The notes beneath the pieces were generated by a model that saw only the letters and a program-made list of their open reading frames with translations, searched no databases and was not told the DNA's origin. Position numbers and translations under genes: made by a program. 64,000 nt of DNA from Candidatus Daviesbacteria bacterium. GTDB lineage: Bacteria; Patescibacteriota; Microgenomatia; Daviesbacterales; UBA10151. The DNA is taken from NCBI GenBank assembly GCA_016186955.1, contig JACPKP010000009.1:225595-289594 (forward strand). Direction: 5' to 3'. Positions 20,390-30,871 of this stretch are shown here, one piece after another. Position 1 is the stretch's first letter. Every line of letters starts with the position of its first letter.

Positions 20390-21354
20390 AAAAATTTACC
20401 TTACCCAAAAAGCCATTGCTATCAATAGTAACTCCTTCATTTAACAGCGGTAAGTATCTTGAAGAGTGCATTAAAAGTATTCTGTCACAAGATTATCCTA
20501 GGGTGGAGCACATTATCCAGGATGGTGCTTCAACAGATGGTATCACAAAAAAAGTACTTAGAAAGTTTAAAACTTCTAAATACAAACATAGGATTCATAT
20601 ATTTTCTGAATCAGATAATGGACAGTCTGATGGATTAAACAAAGCGATCCAAAAAGCTAAAGGGGATATTCTTTTAGTTCTGAATGCTGATGATTGTTTG
20701 CTTCCACATGCTGCTTCCTGGGCAATAGAAAACTTTAGGAAATATCCAAATATAGCTGTGGTCTATGGAGATGTTTACACGATTGACGAGAGAAGTGCAA
20801 TAATAGACATTTTCAAAGCCCATGAATTTTCTTTTGAAAAACTTTTGGCTGTTGAGCTAGTTCCACCGGCACAAGCAGCATTTATCAGACGACAAGCTTT
20901 AGAAAAAGTGGGTTTTAATGCAGATGTAACTTTAGACACTTGTCCTGATTTTGAAATGTGGGTCAGAATTGCTCAAAAATTTCCCATGAAACACGTTGTT
21001 GGAATTGTTACCAAGTATCGCCACCACGACAAACCGCAACATGATAGTGGACAGAGGAGGACTACACAGAGGTTTGTAAAAGCAAAAAGAGAAGTTATGG
21101 ATAGATTATTTAATGATCCCAAAACCCCACACTATATTAAGAGATTGCGACGCAGAGCCTATGCCAGTCTCTATTTATGGGCTTCGTATACAGCTTATGA
21201 CTTAGGCCAAACTAAACAAGCAGTTCTTTATTTAGTAAAAAGTTTTATACTAATGCCCACACTGCACAAACTTTGGAAAATATTTAAAGAGTTAAGAGGG
21301 TTTTTAAGATATAGGTTAACCCTTTTAATAAAGTCAATTAAACATGCGCTTTAA
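20386..21354 (+). CDS. GT2 glycosyltransferase
   Basis: SIVTPSFN, QDGASTD and LNADD motifs. Confidence 0.9.
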   Translation: MKKFTLPKKPLLSIVTPSFNSGKYLEECIKSILSQDYPRVEHIIQDGASTDGITKKVLRKFKTSKYKHRIHIFSESDNGQSDGLNKAIQKAKGDILLVLNADDCLLPHAASWAIENFRKYPNIAVVYGDVYTIDERSAIIDIFKAHEFSFEKLLAVELVPPAQAAFIRRQALEKVGFNADVTLDTCPDFEMWVRIAQKFPMKHVVGIVTKYRHHDKPQHDSGQRRTTQRFVKAKREVMDRLFNDPKTPHYIKRLRRRAYASLYLWASYTAYDLGQTKQAVLYLVKSFILMPTLHKLWKIFKELRGFLRYRLTLLIKSIKHAL

Positions 21355-22177
21355 TCAAGTTTCGATTCAAAAAGTACAACAATTTTGGGACAAAAGGCCT
21401 TGTAATATTAGGCATTCTACTGCCCCTATCGGGACCAGGAAATATTTTAATGAAGTAGAGGAGCGTAAATATTTTGTGGAACCGCATATCCCCTCTTTTG
21501 CAGAATTTAAAAGATGGAAGGACAAAAAAGTCTTAGAAATAGGTTGTGGTATTGGTACAGACACTATAAATTTTGCCAGAGCTGGGGTAAAAGTAACTGC
21601 TGTAGAAATTTCCAGAAAATCATTAATTATTGCTAAAAAGCGTGCTCAAGTTTTTAAGCTAGGAAAAAAGATCAAATTTTACCTAGCTAATGCTGAGGAG
21701 TTATCAAAGACAGTGCCCACTCAATCATATGATTTAATTTATTCTTTTGGTACGATTCACCATACCCCAAATCCGACTAAAGCGATCAGTGAGATTAAAA
21801 AATATATGAACAAAAACTCTATATTAAAGTTGATGGTCTACCATCGTTATTCATGGAAAGTATTGTGGATACTTTTAAAATATGGACGAGGGAAGTTTTG
21901 GCAACTTGATCAGTTGGTTGCTGATAACTCTGAAGCGGCTACAGGCTCCCCAGTTTCCTATATCTATTCAAAATATCAGGCAAGGAAGCTATTGAGCGGG
22001 TTTAAAATTTTAGAGACAAAAGTTGACCATATTTTTCCATACAGAGTTCCAGAATATATTAAATATGAATATAAAAAGGTATGGTACTTTAGATGCTTGC
22101 CCAAATCTTTGTTTAGATGGTTAGAAGCTCATTTTGGCTGGCATTTATTAATTACAGCCAAACTATCAAAAATCTAA
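21344..22177 (+). CDS. Class I SAM-dependent methyltransferase
   Basis: VLEIGCGIG and YSFGTIHHTP motifs. Confidence 0.85.
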   Translation: MRFNQVSIQKVQQFWDKRPCNIRHSTAPIGTRKYFNEVEERKYFVEPHIPSFAEFKRWKDKKVLEIGCGIGTDTINFARAGVKVTAVEISRKSLIIAKKRAQVFKLGKKIKFYLANAEELSKTVPTQSYDLIYSFGTIHHTPNPTKAISEIKKYMNKNSILKLMVYHRYSWKVLWILLKYGRGKFWQLDQLVADNSEAATGSPVSYIYSKYQARKLLSGFKILETKVDHIFPYRVPEYIKYEYKKVWYFRCLPKSLFRWLEAHFGWHLLITAKLSKI

Positions 22178-22190
22178 TACGAGAAAATCT

Positions 22191-23015
22191 TTGGTTTCAA
22201 TATTGACGATTGTAAAAAACGGTAGAATCTATATAAGGCCCTACCTGAGAGCCCTGCAAAACCAAACTTATAAAAAAATTGAGGTTGTTATCCAAGATGG
22301 TCAATCAAATGATGGGACTCAAGAATTTATACAAAAATTTAAAAAATCAACTAAAGTAAAAATCCTTCTAGAGTCTAGCCAAGATAAAAATGGAGCAGAG
22401 GCTATTTCTAAAGCTATAAAAAGATGCTCAGGGCAAATTGTATGTATGATTAATGCTGATGATATTTTAAATCAACATGCTTGCCAAATAGCTATTGATT
22501 ATTTTACGAAACAACCAAAAGCTGGCGCACTATATGGAGCCAACAAACTCATTACAAAAGAAGGCAAGTATATCAATACCTTTCGACCCATGCCTTTTGA
22601 TCTCATAAAACTATTAAGATGCGAACTGGTGCCTACTGCCAACGGATCTTTTTATAACTTAAAGGTCTGTAAAAATGATTTTAAATTCACTAGTCAGTTT
22701 AAAACTTGTGGCGATTTAGATTTATGGTTAAAGCTGAGCAAATTTCCAATCCTTTGTACCCAAAAAGTTTTAGCCTCCACTAGGGTTGACAAACAAAGCT
22801 CTACACGACAAGCAGCAAACTATGAACAATTTTGTACAGATAAAATCGGCATTTTAACTAAATTTATAAATAAATATGAAAAGAATATTATTACCGAACA
22901 GCTGCTAAAAACGTCTATTGCTGGTGTTTATGCTTGGGCAGCAGAATCGATACTGAACATAGAAGGGAAGACAAAAAGATTCCGTTATTATATAAATTTA
23001 GCTCAAAAATTATAA
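22191..23015 (+). CDS. GT2 glycosyltransferase
   Basis: QDGQSNDGT, INADD and GDLDLWLK motifs; paralog of 20386; TTG start. Confidence 0.85.
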   Translation: MVSILTIVKNGRIYIRPYLRALQNQTYKKIEVVIQDGQSNDGTQEFIQKFKKSTKVKILLESSQDKNGAEAISKAIKRCSGQIVCMINADDILNQHACQIAIDYFTKQPKAGALYGANKLITKEGKYINTFRPMPFDLIKLLRCELVPTANGSFYNLKVCKNDFKFTSQFKTCGDLDLWLKLSKFPILCTQKVLASTRVDKQSSTRQAANYEQFCTDKIGILTKFINKYEKNIITEQLLKTSIAGVYAWAAESILNIEGKTKRFRYYINLAQKL

Positions 23016-23045
23016 TTCTATATACTTTGATATACTTGCAATAGG

Positions 23046-23073
23046 TTGATAAAAATAATTCATCTGATATATT
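23046..23073 (+). promoter_or_regulatory. Promoter with extended -10, likely leaderless
   Basis: TTGATA-N16-TATATT with the TG extension; 8 nt before GTG 23082. Confidence 0.45.
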
Positions 23074-23081
23074 GACACAAA

Positions 23082-25337
23082 GTGACAATTTCTGTTGTTG
23101 GTCTTGGTAAAGTTGGATCTTCAATGCTGGCTGCTTTTGCATCAAGGGGTTTTAAAGGAGTAGGATTGGATGTTAATAATGATTTAGTAAGGAAAATAAA
23201 TGATAAAGAAGCGCCTTTTAATGAACCCAATCTTGCTGAATTTTTAAAAAAGCACAAAAAAGATATTTCTGCAACCTCAAGCTACCAACAAGCCATACAG
23301 CAATCAGAAATTTCTTTTGTAATAGTGCCTACTCCAAGCGATAAAAACGGAGGTTTTTCTTCTCAATTTGTTGAACAAGCTGCACAAGAAATTGGCAAGG
23401 TATTCAATAACAAGTTTAATTACCACCTAGTTGTTATAGTTTCAACACTTTTACCAAAAATAGTTGAGACAAAAATCTTGCCTATTCTTGAAAAAGAATC
23501 AGGTAAAAAATGTGGCCAGGATTTTGGGCTGTGCTATAGCCCCCTCTTTATAGCCTTAGGTAATGTAATTGATAATATTTTAAACCCTGATTTTGTACTG
23601 GTTGGCGAATATGACAAAAAATCCGGTAATTTACTAGAAGATTTTTATAAAAAAGTTGTCGTTAATAAAGCACCAATAGTTAGAATGAATATTATTAACG
23701 CAGAACTGACTAAAATTGCTGTTAACTCCTATATCACAATGAAAATTACTTTTGCTAATATGTTAGGAGAAATTTGCGAAAATCTGCCTGGAGCAGATAT
23801 AGATAATATCACAGAAGCAATAGGGCAAGACTTAAGAATAGGCAAAAAATACCTTAAGGCTGGGTTAGGATTTGGCGGTCCTTGCTTTCCAAGAGATAAC
23901 ATAGCGCTATCATCTTTTTCAAAAACCATTCAAGTAGCACCCATCTTATTTAGTGCAACTGATTCTGTAAATAGAACTCAAACAAACCGTATTGTTAAAA
24001 GAATACTTTCCTCAGGAAATATTGCAAAAGTTGCATTACTTGGACTGGCTTATAAAACCGGTACTTCAGTCACAGAGCAGTCACAGGGTATGGAAATTGC
24101 CCAGAAGTTTTTAAAACTGAACAAAGAAGTTAAGGTTTACGATCCCTTCATTCACGATGCTGATTATTTGAAGGGACTAGTTGTTACAAAATCAGTTGAT
24201 GAATGTATCAAAGGGGTTGATTGTATTATTGTAGCCTTACCTTATCCAGAGTTTAATAAAATTTCTGAAAAATTAGGCAATAATAATCCGATAATTTATG
24301 ATTGCTGGAGGATATTAGACCAGAAACTTTTCAGAGGAGAAGCTACTTATTTCGCCACAGGTCTAGCAGATAGTATTTTACTAAACTTAAATACGCTAAA
24401 AAAACAAAAAATTGTTGTCTGCGGTGCAGGAGGATTTATTGGAGGCCATATGGTGGCTGATTTAGTGAATAAAGGTTATCAAAATATTACTGCTGTTGAT
24501 ATAAAACCCATTGATTGCTGGAATCAGTATTTTGCTAATATTGAAAACCTACAGCTAGATTTAAGAGACAAACGGGCATGCGAGGCTGCATTAAAAAAGG
24601 CTTTTATGATCTATAATTTTGCAGCTGATATGGGAGGCATGGCTTTTATAGAATCAAACAAGGCAAGATGTATGATAAATGTGTTGATAAACACACATCT
24701 TTTGCAAGCAGCAGTAAAAAATAAAGTAAAATATAACACTCAAAAACAACACCTGCCTAACCTTCCTCCGCTAAAGGAAACCGATGCATATCCTGCCTTT
24801 CCAGAGGATGGTTATGGATGGGAAAAATTATTTTCAGAAAGATTATGTAAAAATTTTTTTGATGATTTTGGCTTGGAAACAAGAGTTGCAAGATATCATA
24901 ATATTTATGGTCCTTTTGGGACGCATGATGGCCGTCGAGCTAAAGCACCGGCAGCAATTTGCCGTAAAGTTGCAGAGGCTAAAATAACAGGAAACCATAA
25001 AGTTGAAATTTGGGGAGACGGCAAGCAAACCAGAAGTTTTACATTTATTGATGATTGTATAAAAGGCACCAATAAAATAATGTTTAGTGATATTCAAGAA
25101 CCCGTAAATTTGGGTAGTAGTGAAAAAGTTACAATTAATCAACTAGTTGATATTACAGAAAAAATTGCCGGAATTAAATTAAAAAGAAATTATAATTTAG
25201 GTGCTCCAAAGGGAGTCTATGGGAGAAACAGTGATAATACCTTGATTAAAAAACATTTAGGGTGGGAACCATCTACAAAGCTTGTAGAAGGGATTGAAAA
25301 AACATATAAATGGATTTATGAGCAAATACGCACTTGA
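23082..25337 (+). CDS. Fusion of a UDP-glucose/GDP-mannose 6-dehydrogenase family domain and a GDP-mannose 3,5-epimerase (GME)-like extended SDR carrying an internal deletion
   Basis: N-terminal part: GLGKVG, VPTP, catalytic GFGGPCFPRD, GLAYK. C-terminal part: GAGGFIG, AADMGG, PEDGYGWEK, KAPAAICRK, WGDGKQTRSF. The SSSACVY segment is missing. Confidence 0.85.
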   Translation: MTISVVGLGKVGSSMLAAFASRGFKGVGLDVNNDLVRKINDKEAPFNEPNLAEFLKKHKKDISATSSYQQAIQQSEISFVIVPTPSDKNGGFSSQFVEQAAQEIGKVFNNKFNYHLVVIVSTLLPKIVETKILPILEKESGKKCGQDFGLCYSPLFIALGNVIDNILNPDFVLVGEYDKKSGNLLEDFYKKVVVNKAPIVRMNIINAELTKIAVNSYITMKITFANMLGEICENLPGADIDNITEAIGQDLRIGKKYLKAGLGFGGPCFPRDNIALSSFSKTIQVAPILFSATDSVNRTQTNRIVKRILSSGNIAKVALLGLAYKTGTSVTEQSQGMEIAQKFLKLNKEVKVYDPFIHDADYLKGLVVTKSVDECIKGVDCIIVALPYPEFNKISEKLGNNNPIIYDCWRILDQKLFRGEATYFATGLADSILLNLNTLKKQKIVVCGAGGFIGGHMVADLVNKGYQNITAVDIKPIDCWNQYFANIENLQLDLRDKRACEAALKKAFMIYNFAADMGGMAFIESNKARCMINVLINTHLLQAAVKNKVKYNTQKQHLPNLPPLKETDAYPAFPEDGYGWEKLFSERLCKNFFDDFGLETRVARYHNIYGPFGTHDGRRAKAPAAICRKVAEAKITGNHKVEIWGDGKQTRSFTFIDDCIKGTNKIMFSDIQEPVNLGSSEKVTINQLVDITEKIAGIKLKRNYNLGAPKGVYGRNSDNTLIKKHLGWEPSTKLVEGIEKTYKWIYEQIRT

Positions 25338-25375
25338 TTTTACCCTCTAGGCTTTTATATACTTTGCTACATAAT

Positions 25376-26278
25376 ATGCTTACTATATTTGCTACTCCAA
25401 AAGCTTTTCAGGGTCAGTTTTCTGTTATTCAGGAGAATGCCGTAGCAAGCTGGACTAAACTTAAACCCGGATGCCAGATTATTTTATTAGGCAATGATTA
25501 TGGAACAAAAAAAATTGCCAAAAAATATGGAATTTTACATATACCAAATATTGCCGTAAATAAGTATGGAACACCTCTCCTACCAGATCTTTTTAAAAAA
25601 GCCTACAAAAGATCTAAATTCCCAATTCTTGCCTATGTTAATTGTGACATTATCTTAACAAAAGATTTTATAGAAGGTATTAAAAAAATTAATCTGCCTA
25701 AGTTTTTTTTAACAGGAGCTCGTAAAGAGTTAAAAATTACACATAGTTTAGATTTCGAAAATAATTGGCAAAATAATCTTAAAGCTAAAGTGCTAAAAGA
25801 GGGAGAACTTGTTTTAAAAGATGGTGCTACTGATTATTTTGTGTTCAGGCCAAAAATTGATTTTAAAATGCCAAACCTAATTTTAGGCAGAACATTTTGG
25901 GATGCTTGGTTAATTTTTCAAGCAAAGTATTTAAAAATTCCAATTATTGATGCAACTAATGTTATTTGGGCAATTCATCAAACTCATAATTATTCCCATG
26001 CAGGTGGGTGGAATAATGTTTGGCTTGGGCCAGAAAGTAAAATAAACCTGAAATTAATTGGCGATAGACGAAAAATTTTTAATACTAAAGATGCTGACTT
26101 TGTCCTTACTCAAGATGGTCTTAAAAAACCCAACCTTACAATTTCCAGAATAGTTAGAAAAATAGAAACAGCCCCAATCTTCACACCAGAGATAAGCCTG
26201 TTTTTATACCCGTTTAATTTTTTTATAAAGGTTTGCAAATTTACCAAAGACCAAGCAAGAATGAGATTTAAAAGATGA
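25376..26278 (+). CDS. Putative GT-A fold glycosyltransferase
   Basis: IFATPKAF, YVNCDII (DxD-like), DYFVF, WDAWL and HQTH motifs; start moved to ATG 25376. Confidence 0.55.
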   Translation: MLTIFATPKAFQGQFSVIQENAVASWTKLKPGCQIILLGNDYGTKKIAKKYGILHIPNIAVNKYGTPLLPDLFKKAYKRSKFPILAYVNCDIILTKDFIEGIKKINLPKFFLTGARKELKITHSLDFENNWQNNLKAKVLKEGELVLKDGATDYFVFRPKIDFKMPNLILGRTFWDAWLIFQAKYLKIPIIDATNVIWAIHQTHNYSHAGGWNNVWLGPESKINLKLIGDRRKIFNTKDADFVLTQDGLKKPNLTISRIVRKIETAPIFTPEISLFLYPFNFFIKVCKFTKDQARMRFKR

Positions 26279-27297
26279 AAATCTTGGTTACAGGGTCAGC
26301 AGGGTTTATAGGCAGTTTTGTGGCAGACTATCTTTTAGATATAGGCTACCACAAGGTTTATTGTATAGACGATTTATCAGGTGGCTTTTTAAGAAATATC
26401 AATAAAAAGAGTGTCTTCACTAAACTTGATTTGCGAGATAGGAAAAAAGTTGAAAGATATGTATCTAGAGTTAAACCAGAACTAATCTATCATTTAGCTG
26501 CTGATGCTGCAGAAGGCAGAAGCCAGTTTGTGCCTCAAAGCTGTACAGATAGAAACTATGTAGCTTACTTAAATTTACTTGTTCCTGCAATAAAAAATGG
26601 CCTTAAAAAAATAGTGGTAGTTTCTTCAATGAGTGTTTATGGTGCACAGCAAACTCCTTTTTCAGAAAGCTTATACCCTAAACCTGAAGATATATACGGC
26701 ATTAATAAATTTTCAATGGAAAAATCAACAGAAATTCTAGCTAAAGTATTTGGGTTTAAATTTACTATTATAAGACCGCATAATGTTTATGGGCCTAGGC
26801 AAAACCTTTCTGACCCCTATAGAAATGTAATAGCTATTTTTATAAACTCACTTTTGGGCAAAAAAATTTTTTATATTTATGGTAGTGGAAAACAAAAGAG
26901 GGCATTTACTTATATTGCTGATTGTGCACCCTATATTGCACAAGCAGGCTTAGTTGATAAAGCCAATGGTGAGGTGATAAACATTGGGCCTAAAGAGTAC
27001 CATACAATTAATGATATATCCAAGATTATCCTGAAGGAATTTTTTGGTGATTCTATACCTCAAAAATATCAACCGCAGTATTTACCATTTAGGCCCCAAG
27101 AAGTTATAGAAGCTTATTGCACCTGCCAAAAAGCAGAAAAGATTTTAGCGTATAAAACAAAAACAAACCTTAGAGAAGGCATCAGAAAAACTATAGAATG
27201 GGCTAGAAAAATAGGATACCAAAAACCTGTTTATTTAAAGGACTTTGAACTAGTGAATAGTACTACCCCCTTAACCTGGAGAAAAAAACTGATTTAG
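26275..27297 (+). CDS. NAD-dependent NDP-sugar epimerase/dehydratase (extended SDR)
   Basis: TGSAGFIG, SSMSVYG, YGINK (YxxxK) and NVYGPRQ motifs. Confidence 0.9.
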   Translation: MKILVTGSAGFIGSFVADYLLDIGYHKVYCIDDLSGGFLRNINKKSVFTKLDLRDRKKVERYVSRVKPELIYHLAADAAEGRSQFVPQSCTDRNYVAYLNLLVPAIKNGLKKIVVVSSMSVYGAQQTPFSESLYPKPEDIYGINKFSMEKSTEILAKVFGFKFTIIRPHNVYGPRQNLSDPYRNVIAIFINSLLGKKIFYIYGSGKQKRAFTYIADCAPYIAQAGLVDKANGEVINIGPKEYHTINDISKIILKEFFGDSIPQKYQPQYLPFRPQEVIEAYCTCQKAEKILAYKTKTNLREGIRKTIEWARKIGYQKPVYLKDFELVNSTTPLTWRKKLI

Positions 27298-27301
27298 GTT
27301 T

Positions 27302-28276
27302 ATGCTTAAAAAAATTTTGCTGGTAATGCCAAAATATGCATCATTTTATCCAATGATGACCCAAGCTCTAGACTCAATGGGTATTCAACACAGCTTATTT
27401 GATAATAGAAAAAGTAATTTAGCCGAAAAATTTATTTTTTTGCTCTCTAAAATATCCCCACAGCTTAAAATATTCAAATTAAATTTGATGAACTCAAGGC
27501 TTTTAAAAAAAGTTATTGAATACAAACCAAATTTAGTTTTAGTGATAAAAGGGGAAAATTTAACTACACCTACAATTAAAAAAGTTAAAAATGCCGTTCC
27601 AATAGTAAACTGGTTTCCCGATTTCTTACAAGATCACAAAAACGTAGAAAAACAAATTAAATTTTATTCATTTTTTTTACATGCGGATAGATATGAAGTA
27701 AAAAAATACAGAAAAATGGGTTATAAAAATTTTTATCTTCTTGCTTGGGCAGGGATGAAAATTAAATCAATCCCTAAAAAAAGGGACTATGATGTGGTGT
27801 TTGTAGGGACATATAATAAAAAACGTGAAGAAAAATTCGCCCCGCTTAAAAATTTAAATTTTAAAATATGGGGAGATGTGCGATGGAAAAAAAGCATATT
27901 GGCCAATAATTACATGGGTAAATGGGTTAGCTCAAATGAGGTAATAGAACTTTTAAAGAAATCTAAAATAGTTATTAATTTACATCAAAATAAGTCATAT
28001 TTAAATACGATGGCAAATTTAAGGGTTTATGAGGCAACTTCTTGTAAAGCCCTTTTAATAAGTGACTGGTGGGCAGATTTACCCAAATTTTACCGGATTG
28101 GAAAGGAAATAATAGTGTATAGAAGTAAAGATGATTTGGTACAAAAGGTAAGGTTTTATTTAAAAAATGAACTTTTAAGGGCAAAAATTGCGAATGCAGG
28201 TTATCTAAAAACCTTTAAGGAACATACCTATGGGAATAGATTTAGGGAATTGGAGCATATCCTCCACTCAAAATAG
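27302..28276 (+). CDS. CgeB-like (Glyco_trans_1_2) glycosyltransferase
   Basis: NWFPD, DVVFVGT, SKIVINLH, NLRVYEA and EHTY..R motifs. Confidence 0.8.
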   Translation: MLKKILLVMPKYASFYPMMTQALDSMGIQHSLFDNRKSNLAEKFIFLLSKISPQLKIFKLNLMNSRLLKKVIEYKPNLVLVIKGENLTTPTIKKVKNAVPIVNWFPDFLQDHKNVEKQIKFYSFFLHADRYEVKKYRKMGYKNFYLLAWAGMKIKSIPKKRDYDVVFVGTYNKKREEKFAPLKNLNFKIWGDVRWKKSILANNYMGKWVSSNEVIELLKKSKIVINLHQNKSYLNTMANLRVYEATSCKALLISDWWADLPKFYRIGKEIIVYRSKDDLVQKVRFYLKNELLRAKIANAGYLKTFKEHTYGNRFRELEHILHSK

Positions 28277-28296
28277 AAATATTACCCCTTGCCAAA

Positions 28297-29166
28297 TCAA
28301 CTAAACCCTCCATCCCAGACATATTTTTTTCTTGTTTCAGTAATCCTTTTTAATATTTTTAAAAATGTTAAAGGAAAGATAAAAAAGAATTTATACTTAG
28401 GATGTTGCCAAAGATACCGGTTGATACGGTAGCGCCAAAAAAAACTTTTTGGGGCATAATTTTTGACTAGATTAAACTTATCTTGATCCCACCCCTTTGC
28501 TTCTCTTGTACCGGTACTGTGGGGATATGTCATAGCATGGAATAGATTAATTCTGCAAAATTTAACAGTTGCTTTTGCCTGGATGCAATTAATTAAAAAT
28601 GAAGCATCCGCTAACCAGTCAAAAGCCGGGAATAATCCAATCTTTGATAATGCGTCTCTTCTGATGATATAACCCATGCCGCAGGCCCCATAATCAAAAA
28701 TGTCATAAATATTATGACCGTAATTTGAACCTGGTGGAACATAGACAATTTTTTTACTTTTGGCGCCTGCTATGGATACGGTACCACCACAAACCAGTAA
28801 ATCTATTTCAGGATTTTTTTCCATTACCAAGATAGCTTTCTCTAAAGCTTGAGGTAAAACAATATCATCATCGGCGAGGTGCTTAATATATCTCCCTTTT
28901 GCAAGAAGCAAACCTTTGTTAAATGCATGGGCAGATGTTAAATCTGGTTCCGATAGAAATATATCTATAATATCAGCATATTTTTTAACCACTTCGGGGG
29001 TATTATCTTCAGATGCCCCATCGATTATAATCAGTTCGTCTTGATTTTTGATTAGTGTTCTACACATTTTTAAAGTCTGTTCTAAAAATTCTGCCCTATT
29101 TTTTGTATTAAGGATGTAAGAAACTCTTTGAGTGGAGGATTTATCAAAGCTGGAATATTTTTTCAT
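28297..29166 (-). CDS. GT2 glycosyltransferase
   Basis: IIDGASED, AHAFNKG and LADDD motifs. Confidence 0.85.
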   Translation of the reverse strand: MKKYSSFDKSSTQRVSYILNTKNRAEFLEQTLKMCRTLIKNQDELIIIDGASEDNTPEVVKKYADIIDIFLSEPDLTSAHAFNKGLLLAKGRYIKHLADDDIVLPQALEKAILVMEKNPEIDLLVCGGTVSIAGAKSKKIVYVPPGSNYGHNIYDIFDYGACGMGYIIRRDALSKIGLFPAFDWLADASFLINCIQAKATVKFCRINLFHAMTYPHSTGTREAKGWDQDKFNLVKNYAPKSFFWRYRINRYLWQHPKYKFFFIFPLTFLKILKRITETRKKYVWDGGFS

Positions 29167-29873
29167 AAAATTTTTACCGCCCTAGCATATCTTTTGGGTG
29201 TACCTATGTCAATTACCTTACTTTTGACTACAAATCCGTAACAGTTTTGTCTAATAATATTTGAAAAAAAATCTTTTTCAAGTGAAAAAACATTTTTTGA
29301 TGGCATTTTCAGAAAAATATCCCTGTTCATAAAATAAGCTCCTGCATTTATGAAACCCCCTGAATCAATATGAGGTTTTTCATTGAAACTTTTTATCCTT
29401 TTAGAACGGGAAATTATAACATGACCTCCTTCGCTAAGTTTTTCTGAATGCGATAATGCGATAGAAAGTAGCGCTCTGCGAGTTAAATGAAATTCCAAAA
29501 AATTGTTCAAATCAATCCGGCAAATTGAATCCCCATTGAGTACCAAAAAGTTTTGGCTTTTCAGTAGAAACTCCGCTTTTTTTAAAGCACCGCCTGTTCC
29601 CAAAGGATAATCTTCTTCGGAGAACTCTACAGTTACGTATTTTGGTAAATTAAACGGATATTTTTTGATTTGATCTTTTAAATATCCTACTGAAAGAATG
29701 ATCCTTTGCAAACCCGCTTTGGTTAAGCCATTAATAATTAAATCCAGCATTGTACGGTTGCCGATTTCAAGCAGAGCTTTTGGTTTGTTGCCTGCAACTG
29801 ATTTTATTCTTGTACCCAAACCACCACATAAAATTACGGCATCAATAAATTTAAGCTCATTTTTGGGGTACAT
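29163..29873 (-). CDS. hddC: Sugar-1-phosphate guanylyltransferase (D-glycero-alpha-D-manno-heptose 1-P guanylyltransferase-like)
   Basis: ILCGGLGTR...PKAL, LGTGGA, LNGDS, SLEKD and IDIGTP motifs; directly downstream of the hddA-like kinase. Confidence 0.7.
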   Translation of the reverse strand: MYPKNELKFIDAVILCGGLGTRIKSVAGNKPKALLEIGNRTMLDLIINGLTKAGLQRIILSVGYLKDQIKKYPFNLPKYVTVEFSEEDYPLGTGGALKKAEFLLKSQNFLVLNGDSICRIDLNNFLEFHLTRRALLSIALSHSEKLSEGGHVIISRSKRIKSFNEKPHIDSGGFINAGAYFMNRDIFLKMPSKNVFSLEKDFFSNIIRQNCYGFVVKSKVIDIGTPKRYARAVKIL

Positions 29874-30862
29874 TAATCAGAAATATTATATATGATGCTT
29901 GAACCTGTTTTTTCAAATGCAAAAGGGACATGCAATAACTTATTAAATTTTCTTAAAAACTTTTTTTGCATTGAGGGTTCCACAAAGAAAACGATAAACC
30001 CACCACTGCCTGCTCCGAGTAGTTTACCCCCCAACGCACCAGCGCTGATGCCCTCACTGTAAATCTCATCAATTAACTGGTTACTTATATTAGAAGCCAG
30101 GCTTTTTTTAATTATCCAGTTTTCGTGTAGTAGTTTGCCTAAGGTTTGTGCAGAAAAATTAGTGCCGGTTAACTTTTCGTAAGCTTTGGCTGTAATTTTT
30201 GAAAGAGCATGAAGTTCATTAAATTTGTTTGGCGTATTTTTAATAAGTTGTGCTGAAATGTCCGAAGCTCTTCTCTGGAATCCGGTAAAGAACAAAAGTA
30301 TATATTTCTCAAGAGCTTGTATTCGCGACCTGGATATTGCTAAGGGTTCAACGATAATCTTTCCATTTTTTTGAAATAAAATTCTATTTAAGCCTCCGTG
30401 TGCAGCAATGGTTTGGTCCTGTGAACCTACATTTTCCTTAATTTTATTCTGTTCAATTTCTATGGCGTCTCTTGCCAGTTGTTGTTTTGAAACAGATTTT
30501 CCGAGTAAAGCGTATAAGGAATTTAAAAAACCGACTGTAAAGGATGAGCTGGATCCTAAACCTGACATTGCCGGCAAGTCACTGGTATGAACCATCTCAA
30601 TCCCGGAGTTAATATTTAAGAAGTTAAGCGTTTCTTTTACTGCTGGATGTCTGATCTGGTTTATGGACAAAGTTGTTTCCCTATGGGTATATCGGATCCT
30701 GTATTTATATGGGAAAAAAGGAGGGAGATAACGGGTAACAATATAACAATATTTATTGATTGAAGTGCTGATGACAGATCCACCAAATTTACGATACCAT
30801 ATTGGATAATCAGTTCCTCCCCCAAACAGGGAAATCCGGAATGGTGTTCTGGATATTACCAT
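29873..30862 (-). CDS. hddA: GHMP kinase, D-glycero-alpha-D-manno-heptose 7-phosphate kinase-like
   Basis: SRTPFRISLFGGGTD, SDLPAMSGLGSSS, GSQDQ and GGKLLGAGSGG motifs. Confidence 0.8.
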   Translation of the reverse strand: MVISRTPFRISLFGGGTDYPIWYRKFGGSVISTSINKYCYIVTRYLPPFFPYKYRIRYTHRETTLSINQIRHPAVKETLNFLNINSGIEMVHTSDLPAMSGLGSSSSFTVGFLNSLYALLGKSVSKQQLARDAIEIEQNKIKENVGSQDQTIAAHGGLNRILFQKNGKIIVEPLAISRSRIQALEKYILLFFTGFQRRASDISAQLIKNTPNKFNELHALSKITAKAYEKLTGTNFSAQTLGKLLHENWIIKKSLASNISNQLIDEIYSEGISAGALGGKLLGAGSGGFIVFFVEPSMQKKFLRKFNKLLHVPFAFEKTGSSIIYNISD

Positions 30863-30871
30863 AAAGATTGT

